Source: Chrysomallon squamiferum (lineage: Eukaryota; Animalia; Mollusca). Taken from it: a stretch of 64,000 nt of DNA. The translations under genes and the position numbers were made by a program. Below the pieces are notes generated by a model. The model ran no database searches. It was not told where the DNA came from and worked only from the letters and a program-made list of their open reading frames with translations. This document shows positions 41,850-56,615 of this stretch, piece after piece; the first letter of the stretch is position 1; each line of letters begins with the position of its first letter. Location: the NCBI GenBank assembly GCA_012295275.1, contig CM022673.1, positions 17,360,001 to 17,424,000 of the forward strand. Reading direction: 5' to 3'.

Positions 41850-44800
41850 TATTATTTAAAAAAAAAAAAAAAAAATGGAAAAAAGAAAGCCCTCTAGTAT
41901 CATCTTTTTTTATTAATTAAAAATTTAAACAAGAACAAAAAATAATTCAAAGCCGAATTTTTAAAAGGTCTGTTTTGTGTTAAAGTGGAGTAACAGTTTT
42001 GAAAATGAATTAAAAAATTAAAAAATTCCTCTCCTTAGTGTCGTCTGCTCTTGTTTCGCATACGTCTGTCTAAACTCCGTTTCCAAACAACCACCTTTCA
42101 AAAATGGTTCACACAAAGCCTGTAATTTCATGTCAGACTGAAGTACCCGACAAGAAATCATTCAGATTTTTTATTATTTTTTTTAAATGATAGGGGTAAA
42201 AAATTATATCAGTGTAATCGAAACCTTTTTCTTTGTTTAAAAAACCCAATCATACGTCGATGCTAAAACACGCCCTATTCTCGAACCCACAATCATCAGC
42301 CCTGTGACCTTACAAGGGCAAAAAGACTTTAAAGCGATCTTTCGATACGTAATAGGAACCAAGATCTAAACTGCTAAATGGCAGACCTGTCAAAAATTCC
42401 GGGATTTTTTCTTCTTTTTTTTTCACGAGAGTCTATCCTCGATTATCCAGGCTAATTATCATGATAATGACAATGTCATTCACGCGGAGCGGTGAGTCAC
42501 GGCCAACATAAGAAGCTGTGCAATTCGAGACTCGGTTCGCAAAATTCTCCTTTTGAAGAGAGAAAGATGGGGCACTGAGATAACTGTTGTGTGATTCTGT
42601 TCCATACACTGCGTGCATTTCGTCTTAAAACAAAGAAACATATCTGTAACTCTTCAATCTGTGACAAACACACATTTTTTATGTGCTTTATGGCAGTTTG
42701 TTGGTAAAAGGCAAATGTATCAGATTGTGTTTTTCTGTTTATGTTTGTTCGTGTGTGGGCCATATTCCTACAAGTGATGATGTTGGTAGTATTTTAATGT
42801 TCATTTCCATTGTTCGCGTTTATTTTGTTTGTTACTATTTTCAGATATAAATGAAATTATTGGTTTTTAATTGTTTGTACCTTTCAACAAACGTCATTTA
42901 TTCAGCACCTGATATACCTATCAGATTATTAGAATCATTTCAAAAACAGATGTAAAATAGTAAAGAAAATAGGTCCTGAGATATATAAAATTATCTGTTA
43001 CTGGCTGCAAGCAGAACTTTGTTTTTATTTTCATACTGGTATATAGAAATAAGTAATTTTATAATGGAAAATAATAGTTACAACGCTGACTCTTTCTCAC
43101 CAGCTTTCAAGTTTTTGATGCTAAAATTGAAATTTCCGAAATGTTCCGTAACAAAATTCCGATGATTGTCGATCGTAAAATACCAGGTGACAACTAAAGG
43201 TGAATACCAAGGTCACGTACGCAGTGACAGGAATTTGGTTTTGACAAGTCAAACTGGTAACATTGTTTGCTGCGGGTTTCTTCATGTGTTCCGGTGGAAT
43301 TTTTGCTAGGCCTTATTTGGGTATATAATTCTTTAAAAATCCACCTTTGATCCTTTAAAAACAACCTGAGAAATTATATTAATTCTTTTGTAATATAATT
43401 GTTTTATTTTTATTTTATTTATATTTTATTAATTTTTTGTTTTTAAATTTATTTTTAAATAAAATGTATTCTAATGTGGTATCATTGTTGATAGAGTTTC
43501 TTTAATCTTATTTTTATTTTTTTATATTAATTTTATTTATTCTGGTTTAGTACTAAATTTTAAAAATCCTTCAAATGTTTTTATAAATAAATAATAACAA
43601 TTTTTAAGACTTATTATTATTATTATTATTATTACCTAAGAGCACACTATATTTCCTTTTTTTTCATCTAAGAAAATATTTAACATGACTACATATTTTT
43701 TCCCAAATAAGGCCTTGCAGATATAGCGCGGTTAAGACTTGGTAGCTGACTCTGTTTAAAGTTAATAACTGAGAGCAGCGCCACCTGCCACTTGGAAATG
43801 TCAGCCGCGTTGTTGGTAAATACCTATAATTGGCGTAATTGTCGCTCAGGTGAAAGAAGTAACTGTGGGAAAAAAACAAATATCATACAACATATAGGTT
43901 TTTGACAAGTAACTGTCACTGGTGTCTCAGGACAGAAATACAGCCGAGGTTTGAAACGAGTGTAAATGCTCGTATCATGTGTACACGTTCCAGGCAATAC
44001 AAACCGATAATTTGACTAATCTGTTTGTATTTAGAGCGAAAAAAAAAAAAAAAAAAAAAAAAAATCAATGACGTCTGTCGTTTTATCTCGTCTATCATCT
44101 CGACCTGTGAACGACTGGTTTTATGTCGCGTGTTAAATGGCGTAGCATGCTTTTGTGTGTTTCGTTCTTTTTTTCGTTCTTTTTTTCCCTCACGTCTTGA
44201 CTTTTTAATTTTTTTTTCTTCTTTTTCTGACAGGTATTTTTAAATAGCTGGAATTGTTTCAAGCCAAATGTTGTGAAACATTGTTTTGTTGAAAAGTAGC
44301 TTTTTGTGATTTTTTTTTCTTTTTTTAAAAAAAAAAAGAAAAAAAAAAAAAAAAAAAGAAAAGAACATTGAACAATGAACTGTTTTTAATTGTTATTGTT
44401 AATGTTAATATATTGAATACTGATAACAAGGGCGTTAATACTGTAATGTCTCCCATCTCCTTGTCTTCCTCTAGATGTAGTAAGTGCTGCTACTACTACT
44501 GCTACTACTACTACTACTGCTACTACTACTACTACTACTACTACTACAACTACAACTATGATTGTGTACTATTTATTTATTTCTGATGTATAGATAGAAA
44601 GATATTGCTATTATTCATATTATTAAATGTGAAGGACAAGGTATTCTGTTACATTCTGACAATATCACGCTGTTTTGTTTGTTTATAGTATTACCTGTAT
44701 CTTGTTGCATGCCCGATTTAGTCGATTATTCTTATTAAATCGAAGAAAAAAAAATATTGATTCGGCTGTCGTTATTTTAGATGAATTCTTACATACATTT

Positions 44801-44856
44801 TTATTCATTAATTTGTGGGTTGCAGTATCAGTAGTTCTCACTGTGCACTAATCAGC

Positions 44857-44995
44857 GTTCCAGTCCAGGCTCTCCGTTGAGTTAACAAAGATCATGGTAT
44901 GTTTTGACCCGTCAACGGGCGGGTTCTTGTAAAAGATCCCTTGCTGCTAATCGGAAAGAGTAGTCTATGAAATGATGGCAGTGGGTTTCCTGTAC
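44857..44995 (+). mobile_element. Fragment of the conserved central domain of a mollusc-type tRNA-derived SINE
   Basis: aacaaagatcatggtatg...taaaagatcccttgctgctaatcggaaagagtag...gcagtgggtttcct resembles, from memory, the central domain of Meta-type SINEs; family needs a Dfam/Repbase search. Confidence 0.65.
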
Positions 44996-45480
44996 CTAAT
45001 GTCATATAATTATATATATCGCACTAACTTGACATCAGTTATCTTCTAATTTTAAATCGTGTTATGCTATTTTATTTTTAATTTTGTTATTTTATAATTT
45101 ATTTATTTAATTTATTTATTTATTTTATTGTTTTATTGTTTTTAAAAAATAATTTTCTCACTGACACGGCAAAGTTCACGATAGAACGCGAGATATCATA
45201 AAACGCCATTAGCTTATTACTTTCAACCTGTGTTCGCGAGAGGCCGAATTCCGCTGGTCGGCCAATTCGTTTTCCCTCGGATTAGTTCGGCAGCCAAAGG
45301 CAATAAAAACAACAGAACCGTGGCTCCTCCTAAATTAGTGTAGATTTACTACAGACCTGTGTCTCCGACTGGATTTTGGCAGATCAGAAAAAGTTCTTCC
45401 AGTTCTCCATTAACAATCGTCTGCTTTTTCCCGCCACATAAAGCCTAACCTTTTTCTGTTTGTTCATTTTCTTCTTAAAA

Positions 45481-45660
45481 ATGAATGAATGTATGAATGA
45501 ATGAATGTTTAATGGGATTTTAACACATTTTGTAATTAATTGTTAAACATTAACAGTAAACAGTTAAATATGGGATTTAAAGTGAGAGAAACTCAGTTAC
45601 TGCCGCTAAATGAATAATCGATGAACTACAATTAATATTTTATAAGCACCTTTACCCAGT
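45481..45660 (-). mobile_element. Highly decayed SINE 3' part with (GAAT)n tail, opposite orientation
   Basis: (atga)n, then tgtttaa...aacacatttt...gagagaaac...ttttataagcacc, loosely matching the reverse complement of the same SINE type. Confidence 0.35.
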
Positions 45661-46689
45661 GTATATATATTAATATATTGTGGGACATTGATTATATTCA
45701 TACCGAGGGGTGTGGATCTAGCGACCCTTCCGTCCTGAGATGAAATTTATAGCTCGTCTTTTACTTCTGCACCCTGACGTTTAATTTTTGATATTCTTCA
45801 GTTGCAGTAAGTTTCGAAATTATTGTTACAGCTGACAGAGCGGTCAATGATGCTTGTATTAGTTGCTTTTTCTTTCTTTCTTTCTTTTCTTCTTTTTAAA
45901 AACCCAATAATTTGTGGAAAATGCTGTCTTGTCACGCTATATATGATTATATTGCAAATAAATTTCGTCATCAGATTCTACTTCATGAATAAAATGAAAA
46001 ATGATCGGCGTGATTAATTCGTCTGTTAGATTTGTGTTTTATCAGCGGTTTTGACCAGCTGTCTATTTATGGTTACGTCTGTGATTTATTTATTTAGTAT
46101 TTATTGGGTAAGTGAATAATACATACAATACACGCAGTAAATGAATGCAACTAATGATTTCTTGTCAAATCTCCGGTGTCTATATTAAAAGCAGTCTGTA
46201 CTATCGTATAACGTACCCTATCAAAGACGATCCATAAAAACTTCATCCAGCACGATCAAATAACGTCCACCTAAAAGCGCGATATAAAATGACGTCGAAG
46301 CGGAGATTGCGACAAAGTGTGAGACTTGCACGTCTGTGTGTTGACAAGGAGATATTAATGGACTTTATTAGCGATCAGGTATCCTGGTCTGAGTGTTACC
46401 GAGATTCATGACTTGCGAGGCGTATTTTCCCCCACCTCCAAGGCTTTTGTTGCTAGAAGATTTACGAGGTGACAAAACCACCACAGTAGATGATACATTG
46501 AATGCATTTTTTTTCGTAACCTCTACATACTGAAATGTACACGTTTTTGCTACGCGTTTAAAGATAGGTAAAAAACGAATATATAATATATACGTAGCAT
46601 GTTTACGTAAGTTAAACAAATACTTGCAGAGAGAAAGAGAGAAATATATATATATATATAGGCTAAAATATAAACAATTTTTGACTTTA

Positions 46690-47342
46690 AAATACTTTAA
46701 ATTAATTATTATAACCATATAGCTTTAACGGTAGTTTTATATTTTGTTAACTTTATCAGTAAATATTAAGAGCGAAAAATATTAATTTAACTAATTTAAC
46801 TAACAGCATTGATTATGATGAACTTAAAATCCGTTATAACAAATTATTATAAAAACTTTGAAACTAGTTAAAATAAGTATCTGATTCAACAGTTTTAAGA
46901 CTATTATGATAACTATAAATTACAAAAATCGTAAAGATAAAATATTATTTTATCCTGAATTGTTTTAATAAGCAATACAATATATATTAATTTTAAATTA
47001 GCTTGGAGAGTTTAAAAACCGTTGGAGTATAATTATATAAGGTTGAATTGCTTTAAGAACAGTTACAATAAACATTAATTTGTACAGGTTCAGTCATTCA
47101 TACGATAAATATTAGTTCAAGTACATTTATGAACCGTTACAATAAATATCTTCTTGAGCAAATTAAGAACAGGTACAAAGAATATTAATTTGAATATCTT
47201 TAAGAACCATAATGGATATATTATTATTAGCTTCGATGTTTTAAAAATGTTACAATAATTGCTAGAATGGATGCTTTGAGAAGCGTTACAACAATCATTA
47301 GCTTGGAGAGATTTAAGAAGCGTTACAATAACTATTAGCTTG
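46690..47342. repeat. Old degenerate ~38-bp tandem array (tttaagaaccgttacaataaatattagcttg-like)
   Basis: Recurring ttaagaa..gttacaata...ttagcttg cores, best preserved at 47276-47342. Confidence 0.6.
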
Positions 47343-48063
47343 TGTAACAGTAAACTTATTTACACGTTTATTTACGTCTGTTGTGTTTCACCTGTGACTG
47401 AGCCGCTCACGTTTGTTGTAAAAATACACGTGTTTTCGTTTTGTTGATGGCGGCACACAGAACGAGAAGAGTTACTCTATCCGAGTTTCACTGTTAGCGG
47501 GATGCATTCCGCCCAGATAACGGTTTTCATGTAGGTTACTGGAATACGTACACTCGTTAATTCTGTTTTTGTATGCGAGAGTGCGTGGGTGCGTGTTCAT
47601 GTGTTCGTGTGTGTCTATGTGTTTGTTTATGGAGGTGAAATGATGTGTATATATTTGTAGAATTTCAGCCTAAACTGCAGTGTGTCTCGGTATCTATTAA
47701 TCTTTGAGAAGACATATATCTAAACAAAAATCAATTACAGTAATAATGATTGTTATGAGGTAATAATGACGACTTGAAAATTTTTATTTTATTATTATTA
47801 TTTTTTTTATAGTTTTAATTTTATTTTTTTAAATTGTCTTCATTCGTCCGCCTTCTGTTCACAAGTTCTGCAACGTTCCATTACCTAGTCAATCAGTAAA
47901 AATTATGTTCGGTAATTTCAAACTCTTAATAAGTTTATTATTAACATAACTAAAATATCATTTATTTAAACAATTAATTCCATAGCCTGTTTTATCAGCA
48001 CAAGGTTTTTTCAGTGTTAAATAATTAATGAAGAAGTTTTACACATTACTTAATGCTTACAAA

Positions 48064-48138
48064 AGCTGGTAAGGAGAGGCGATCCCAGAACGCTCGGGCC
48101 TTACTGTAGGCGACTCAACCACAGCGCCACTGATGCTG
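48064..48138 (-). mobile_element. Decayed tRNA-derived SINE head
   Basis: Minus strand reads CAGTGGCGCTGTGGTTGAGTC...CTGGGATCGCCTC: A-box-like and degenerate B-box-like motifs at tRNA-like spacing, but no cloverleaf. Confidence 0.4.
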
Positions 48139-51100
48139 TACGTAAAATATGAGCAACCTTTTCTGGAGTTTATCTGTGGTAAAGAAAATGCATCAGTCGT
48201 CACGCTGGCAACAAACATTTCTCTTCTTATCGACTCGAACTCTCAGACTCGAGACTCGCGACTTATCACCATCACTTGCTGCTTTCAGTTTCCCAGCATC
48301 AGACAGAAGCAGCGAGAATTAGTCGTCAGGAAAGCGTTACTTTACTCTGCGATAAAATCGCTACAAACACGGCGCAGGAATTTTAAAAGTTTTTCTAATG
48401 GAAAATGCCTGGAGTTAGTTAAAAGTGTTCTCTTATTAAGATACGTCGACTGATAGTTGCTGACGGACTGTTCCGGGGGAAGCTAATGAAACGAGGACGA
48501 ATGCTCGCGTTTTTCACAATTCTTTCCCCTTCCATGCAGCTCGGTTGAAACTTGCAACAATCTCGCTTGTCGATTCCGCGCTAGACGTTGATTGTTCGGG
48601 AGATTAAACAAATTTATGGCCGACGTTTTATAGCCAGTTGATGCAATTTCGCGGATGTTTAAATTATTCTTCAAAGTTTAAACCATGATTAAGATCAGCT
48701 GTTTACTTTCTTAATATGTATTTATTGTCGTGTGTGTTTAAATAGTAAAGAACAGTTGACGTGATGGTCTTCCTTTAAAACAGAAACCCTGGTGCGCCAT
48801 AAATGGAAGGAGGGATAAACAAAACCGGAAGTTATGTCAACGATTGATACTTAATGTCTATCTAATATTTTGTTTATATAGTTTCACAAAGACATAATAT
48901 CCTTTACATATAATACATTTTATTTTCCACCTCTTTTTTTTCTTTCATTTTAAATTTTTTTTTTTTTCATTTTTTAACGCACTTGGGTTTAATTTCTTGT
49001 GTATTTTTCATTTCTTTCTTTCTTTCTTTCTTTTTGTTTACTTTTCTAAATTTTAATAGCTATGATATGTATTGTAATTTTAATACTATACTAAAATAAA
49101 AACCAATTCAGACTGCAAAACTAGCGACAGTTAATTGCTTCTTTTTTTTTTTTTAAAAAAAAAAAAAAGACTTATATCACAGGTACAGATAGATTGAGAC
49201 AGACAAACAAACACTGAATGCAGTTTGGAGACATTCAGACGGAGAATCTGACAAGATTATAAACAGTAATTTATACAATTTAAAAGACCTACAACGAAGC
49301 CGATATCGAGATAAAATCTTGTAGAAGAAACAACCGGAGAAAGAAGAATAAGAAGAGAAAAAAAACAGTTTAAAAAATTTAAATTGGATGCATTCGTCCC
49401 ATCCGTCATTGTCGATTGCCAACAAGATTTCTTCTATCACTTGATCCTGTTCTCATTCCACGATAAAAAATAAATAAATTAAAAAATCTAGTATGTGTTG
49501 TACTGTTGGTGATCTTCAACAGAAGAGAGTCCCAGATCGGGAAACTGCGCGCTAGACGTTATCTCAAAGACAGCAATGACTGATGTTAGAGCGCATTGTT
49601 CTGTCCCCAGGCTCCACTCGCAGACTCGATGGCAACCAACTGGAATTGTATTTCACTGGTCTGTGTCGCGTTCTGCCACGACTCTCAGATTGTAATTGAA
49701 ACACAGATGTTCTCATCTGACACAAGAATGAATACATTAAATTAGATTTTTAATCGACATCTGTTTGAAATAGAAAATAAATCAGACTTACTGGCGCTGT
49801 GGATACGTCATCGATCTTAGAATTGGTAGACCCATTCCCAGGATTCTATTCTACCGAGAACTGATATTATTTATTTACTTAATTTTATATGCGAGAGATT
49901 ATATATATACATTATATCTAATTATGTAAGACAATAAGTGCTGAAGTAACCTACTATTTGTAAAACAGTGTTTGTGGATGAGCGATCAGTTATGCATGCG
50001 TTTGTTTTTGTGTTGATGTATGTGCATGTGAATGTATACGTGTGCGTGCAAGTGCACATAGAATTAAGAAATAACTTAATAGTTATACTGTCCCAACTAA
50101 ATCGAACAAAAAATAAACTGTTCATTTTCATTCCATTCTTAATTTCATCCTCGTACCTCGCACGCATCATTAAAACTTTAAATTAAAACTAACAGTAAAC
50201 ACCCCGTTACGCAAAGATGACCAACACTGAGGGACGCGAATTCAAACATGGCCGTGGGCTGTGTGTTTTCTTAACAGCGCCCTCTGCAACCTGACTACGC
50301 GGAGTACCTCTGGCTATCGGAAACGGATTCGTCCTTGCAGAGACAATGAGAACACGAACACGAGATCTCGAGTGCGAGGTTTAATCTCTTCGCGCTGTTC
50401 GTTTCATTGTTAACGAGCTGTGTTATTTCCTAGCCTTATCAAGCCAAGTCATCTGCGCTGAACGCTAATTACACCGAGGTGCCCCGATGGGTCACTGGGC
50501 AAGATGGCCGCCGCGCAATCACCTGACATCTCACGTTGCCATAAATCAGTCTAGAATTATCGTATTCTTTTACGACATTCTAATTTAAGGTCAGGCAGAG
50601 TTTTTGGTGGGTTGTTGTTTTTGTGGTATTGTTCTGAACACTGAACAGTCAACATTATTCATTTATCATTCTTTTGTTCCTTCTGACGAAAACAAACGAG
50701 GCAAAAACATGAACGCTTTAATATAACACCACACGCTCAGAGACCTTTACATAAACAGTATGTATTACATATGCACACATAGATATAAGCTTGTACGCAT
50801 ACACACATACATACACACATACATATGTATATACACATCAGTACATTCATACACGCGCATGTACACATATATACACACATATACATATGTGACTCAGAGA
50901 TGGACAGATAGTAACTATACAGATATTTGTACTTCTTTTTCAGAAAATGTTAATACATTTCGTAAGGCTGATTTTTTGAAAAACATATTTCAGTAGAGAT
51001 ATAATGGATATTTATTTATTTATTTATTTATTTATTTTCTTATTTTCTTGTTTATTTAACATCCGAAAACGTGTCTCGGTGAATTTAATAATAAAAAATA

Positions 51101-51538
51101 TAATATTTCATCTTGTAATAAAAGGAAATAAAAGTAGCTGTCTGCTTTCCTTAACTTAAAAGGCAACCACCAGCCGAGTGCCAGTGAAAACTGAATAGCT
51201 TGTCTTTTGCATGTGGCGTAGCAAAACTGGGCGATTCAGTATACGGTTTTCTTTCCTTGTAATATAACCTGGAGTCGGCTTGAGGTTGTCCTATGTTTTA
51301 AGTGGCCGTCATTCACTCCGACAGCCGGGCCTATCAATAACAGAAGAAATAACACAGACACCATCGCCTATAATTTTAATGTCATGCCGAGAAAGGCATC
51401 TAGCAGTAAGAAACGACGCCAATCATAAAACGGCGGGATTTTGCACGCTCGGTCTTTATGGAAACTGTTAATGTTAATATCGTGCAGAGAAGAAAAGTGT
51501 TCTCTGCGTCTTTTGTTAAAGCGGAAACATACGAAGTG

Positions 51539-51632
<94 letters not shown>

Positions 51633-52348
51633 AAAATGAAGAGAAATTTCGAAAATGACAAAGTTACTTACATTCACAATTAAATCTACACGATAATAGT
51701 TACTAAAATAATCTACTTTTACTTTCACTTATTGTCACTGTTATTACTGTTGTTGTTGCTGCTGCTGTTGTTTTATTGTTCGCCAACGTTTAACCTGTGT
51801 GTCTCTGACAAGGTAACAAAGAAGTCAAGTATTTAGTTTGACTTACAGCGCCATCACCGTGGTTCACAGCGACCGACAAGTGAAATTTGAGGTGACCAAC
51901 AGATACTAAATAACTTAAGCCCCTTTGACCAGTGGTCAAGCAAAGTGTAAATATGTTACGGTCAAACAATAACAAGACCCGTGTTGGACATCACTAAAGC
52001 TTGTTAATGCGTACAATATCGGATCATAATTCATAAATGTAATAAACACTGTCCTTAATGGATTCTGTCAAACTTGTTTTTAAATTTTAAGTGTGTAAAG
52101 AGAATAATGCCGCAGTAGTAGTTGCAGCTCTGGCCTGGGTGCTAGTTTAAATTCCTAAATTAGCTGTAATGTGTATAGAGAAATCCTACATTTTGCATAA
52201 GAAATTTAAATAAAGTATGTATTATTTAAATTTCTAAAGTAGTATAATAACTGTTGGATTCGGTGTACATGTAATATATGAAATATCTCTGTGTCAGTAT
52301 GTGTGGATGATAATATTTATAAATATATTTCTAATTAATTATGTCTGA

Positions 52349-52466
52349 TAGGAATTTTACTACCTTAACCAGCATCACCACCAACGACAATAACAGCAAC
52401 AACAACAATAATATTAATGATAACAATAATAACAGTAATAGTAATAATAATAAATAATAAAAGCAA

Positions 52467-52550
<84 letters not shown>

Positions 52551-52953
52551 CAACAACAGAAGCAATAATAATAATAATTTAACAACAACAACAGAAAGAT
52601 ACTAAGGCAGTTAACTATTAGCTTTTTCTCATTCCTGCCAGTATCTGTTCCCTGGTTTACAGAAAGCTGCCATGTATTAGGTGTTTTTCCATAAAGGAAG
52701 ATGCATGTAAATATATTTTATAAATAATCAATAGCGGAATGGGGAAAATGACAACAAGGGGTTTCCTTTCTACAACTTTCATATATCAAATGTGTGTTTG
52801 ATATCTGACAACAATTCATAGAATATCTTTTTGTAGTGGTGTTGGACTCATTTTTTAAATTAATTTTTAAAAACGATTGAAAATTAAATGTAACTAATTT
52901 CCTGTAAGCAAATTAAAGAAAACAAAGAAAAAAAAAAAGACAAAAGAAAAACA
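52349..52953 (+). repeat. Direct repeat copy 2 (~605 bp)
   Basis: Near-identical to 25646-26235; differs in (AAT)n length and about 8 substitutions. Confidence 0.95.
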
Positions 52954-53907
52954 ACTCTTTAAGTTTCTTAACAATCAAACTATTTACAAACAAATTAGTT
53001 CAGCTTAACCTTTTTCACCAAAACAAACCATAAAGAAAGTCGTTAATATCAGTTTTCACAAGTCTCAGCTAAACTCGTGTTTGTTTGCCAGTTAACACAC
53101 AATCTCTCGTTCCCGTGCTTCGTCGTGTGTTTGTTTGAGATAGAGTTTTATCTCGTTTCTTCTTCATGTCTCCAGATCCGATCCCTTTCTTCACTTAATC
53201 TTCTTTCTTGATAAATCGCGAGGTCTTCCCTCTCGGAAACTGGGTGTGCTTAAAGAACCCTGCCCCGTATCAGGTTTCCAGTACCTCTCCGTGTTTGTTT
53301 TAAGTGAAATGTAATAGGGATGTTTAGTGGGATTATTTGTGTACACAAGATGTTAAGATGGTTTGCGTATGAACCCGTTTGTTTGTAGTCTTTTTAAATC
53401 GTGGGTGAAAAATTTAGGATGTTTACTTTTATAATATATACAGGTTTTTTTCCTTGTTTTTTTTTTTTTTTTTTTTTTTTCTGTTCTTTTTTTTTTTTTT
53501 TTTCCATCATTCTAATAGGATGTTTGAATTATAGATTTATTTTTCAAATATTTTTTGAGTTTGGTATATAATATTGACGTCAAATACTACTACTGCTACT
53601 ACTACTACTACTAATAATAATAAAAGATAATATATTACAAATATATAAAAATAAATTTCAGCATTTGTGTACGTGCGTTCATGTACATGTGTACATATGA
53701 TTATTTGTATTTTTGTTTGTTTGTTAAGTAACTGTCTCTATATATACTTGTTTTTAACACTTTTGTTTTCTTTTTCTAATGTAACTTCAATAACAGGAAA
53801 AGAACGACAACATAACAAATAATGAAACCATGCTTCACAAAGCTCTGTTTTTAAAAATTTCAAATTTCATTAATATATATTTTTTTCTATTTTTTGTTTT
53901 TCTCCAG

Positions 53908-54159
53908 GAATTCTGAAGTGCCAGTGTAACACACAGGACTGCCAGATGGAGGGGAAGACCACGTGCACAGCCGAACAGTACTGTTACGTGGAGTTTTTCA
54001 AGGACATGTTCACTCGAGGGTGTATAAATGACAGAACTCCCCTCCTCTGCGAAAACAGAAAACCTAAAAATCTGAACGCGCCGTGGCCGAACATGTTTTG
54101 TTGTAAAGACACAAACTTCTGTAACAGAAACGTTTTGCCCACGTTGTCCATTCAGTCAG
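53908..54159 (+). CDS. BAMBI: BAMBI-like exon 2, 10-cysteine TGF-beta type I receptor-like ectodomain (GILKCQCNTQDC...CCKDTNFCNRNVLPTLSIQS)
   Basis: Long pyrimidine tract + CAG, 252 nt, CAG|GTAAGC donor, phase 1/1; CxC...CCx5CN cysteine pattern of the activin/BMP type I receptor family. Confidence 0.92.
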
Positions 54160-54373
54160 GTAAGCGAACGTTTCTACGTTATTATTATTATTATTATTAT
54201 TATTATAAGAAAGGAAAGAAATAATAATAAAAAATAACTGATACTGTATCGGCTGTCAGAAATAAGACTAGCAGAAGACAACAGGACGAGTGTTTATTTT
54301 TTCTTGTACTTCACTAGAACTGTTATTACTCATTTGCCACTTCTCGTATTAGCCATGGTTCACAGGATTAGTT

Positions 54374-54484
<111 letters not shown>

Positions 54485-54599
54485 CCCTCTCTCTCTCTCA
54501 GCCATATTTCATCAAACTCTCATACTCAGCAAGTTTCCGGAGATAACCGACATAATTTTCTTTTACATTCTCTATTACATCTTCTTCTTTTCCTTCCAG

Positions 54600-54985
54600 A
54601 TCCCCAGGACTCGGTGACACCAAAATCAGACGAGGAGGAGGAGGTGGAGGAGAAACCCGAAACTAAATGTTCTTTCTCAGAGGAGAGTCCAGCTTACAGA
54701 ACAAAAACGGAGGGAGCGAAAATAATAAACCCAATTTACATAGCGGTGCCAGTGGCAGGAGTGTGTGTGCTGTTAGCACTTATTATATTCGCAATGTATC
54801 TCTTGAGGAGAAGGAACGATCACTTTCAGGGCTATCATTATCACGAACACCTACCAGCATTACAGAAACAGTGTAACGGGAAGAAACCCGTTATGATGTG
54901 CAGCACGTGCGGTAAAGTGAACCGCTGCACGGACAGTGAACGATCGTCCTCAGGGAGCGAGACTAAGTTGTTTTTACAAGTCTGA
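54600..54985 (+). CDS. BAMBI: BAMBI-like exon 3: acidic stalk, transmembrane helix and short kinase-less cytoplasmic tail, TGA stop
   Basis: cttcttcttttccttccag acceptor, phase 1. TM IYIAVPVAGVCVLLALIIFAMYLL resembles vertebrate BAMBI IAVPIAG. Stop comes about 57 aa after the TM with no GS box or kinase. Total CDS 705 nt = 234 aa. Confidence 0.92.
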
Positions 54986-55110
54986 GGTTGTGTTATCGAG
55001 GCCGAGTCATTTAAAAAAAAAAAAAAAAAATCTTTTTTTTTGTGCTGTTGTGAAAAGTGCTATAAACTATTTTTATTTTTGTGCGCGCGCGCTTTTTTAT
55101 GGGTGAAAAG

Positions 55111-55204
<94 letters not shown>

Positions 55205-55704
55205 GTGAACATTAAAAAAATAGAGGGAGAGAATGAAACAAAAAAGAAGAATGAATTCATCGTATTGAATGTTCATATATTCAGCGAATGTTATGTTACA
55301 CTGTGCTGAAATAAATGCATGTTTTGATTACTTATGTTTAATTATGCAAATCCTTGAAGATCTAATATTTTATCACAAGAAAGATAACTCCATTTTTAGA
55401 AACAAGCGTCTGCGGATTATCTTGAATGCTTGAAATAAACAAGCGAACATTCATGTTAAATACAAAAATATGTAAATACATAAGTAAATAAATAAGTAAG
55501 CGAATGAGTAAATAAATAAGTAAATAAATAAACTCAGGGAAATACAATGAATATATTCCAAAGAATATTTTACTGTAACTCTGCTGTATCTTTCTTGCGG
55601 TAAAATAGAAAAAATGTACGTTAGGAATCACGATGTAAATATTACTGTTTATGTTTATTATAAATGTCGATACTGACAATGTGTTTGAAAAATATGTATT
55701 CAGC

Positions 55705-55797
<93 letters not shown>

Positions 55798-56615
55798 AAT
55801 GAATAAATACTAATGTTTTTTTTTTTTTTTTTTTTTCCTTTTCATTGTTAGCTAACTGATAATCCTTAACTGACAAAAGAAGAGTATAGATTATCATTAG
55901 GATTAGTATTAGGGATTAATTATTTGGTTTTAAAATTCTGATTAAGTCAGTCGTTTGCCATATTGCTAACCCAATGACAAGCTCTAACAATACGGGTATT
56001 AACAAAGTTAATCCTTGCACGCATGTGTCCCGTTCTTCCTCGTGAAGTGAACAAACTTGTCAGTCGAGAACACTCGGACATTTCCGAGTGTACCAGGTTA
56101 AATTTCAAAAATGTTAAATTTTAGAATTTATTTTATTATTATTTGGTTTATTTTTTTAGGGTGAGTATGGGTATATTTTCAGCTTAGGGCCTATTCCATA
56201 TCTTGATGTTAATATATTTTCAACATCTCTTTTGTTTTATTATTTTGTCATAATAAGAAAAAATATACACTGAAGATAAAACAATTTAAAACAAAATCTT
56301 TATTCACAATATAATTATAAATAATAATAAAAAAAAGAAGAGTAATGGCCGCCATTTTGTTCTGTTAACTGGTAACTGTGTCTCACTGTATAGAGATTTG
56401 AATCAGGACAAATGTTACGTATAAAAGTCAAAGCACTGAATAACAAGCTGTCAATCATGTCTTGATACAAAGTCTTATTGCGGGTCTCACGTGGATCACT
56501 TGATCTTTTGAAGGACGTTGAAGACGTGGCTGCTGTTTAAAAGTATCGATCAAGACCCTAGTCGGACCAGTGCAGTAACTGATATATACACATTACCGTG
56601 ATGTGTATGACGTCG

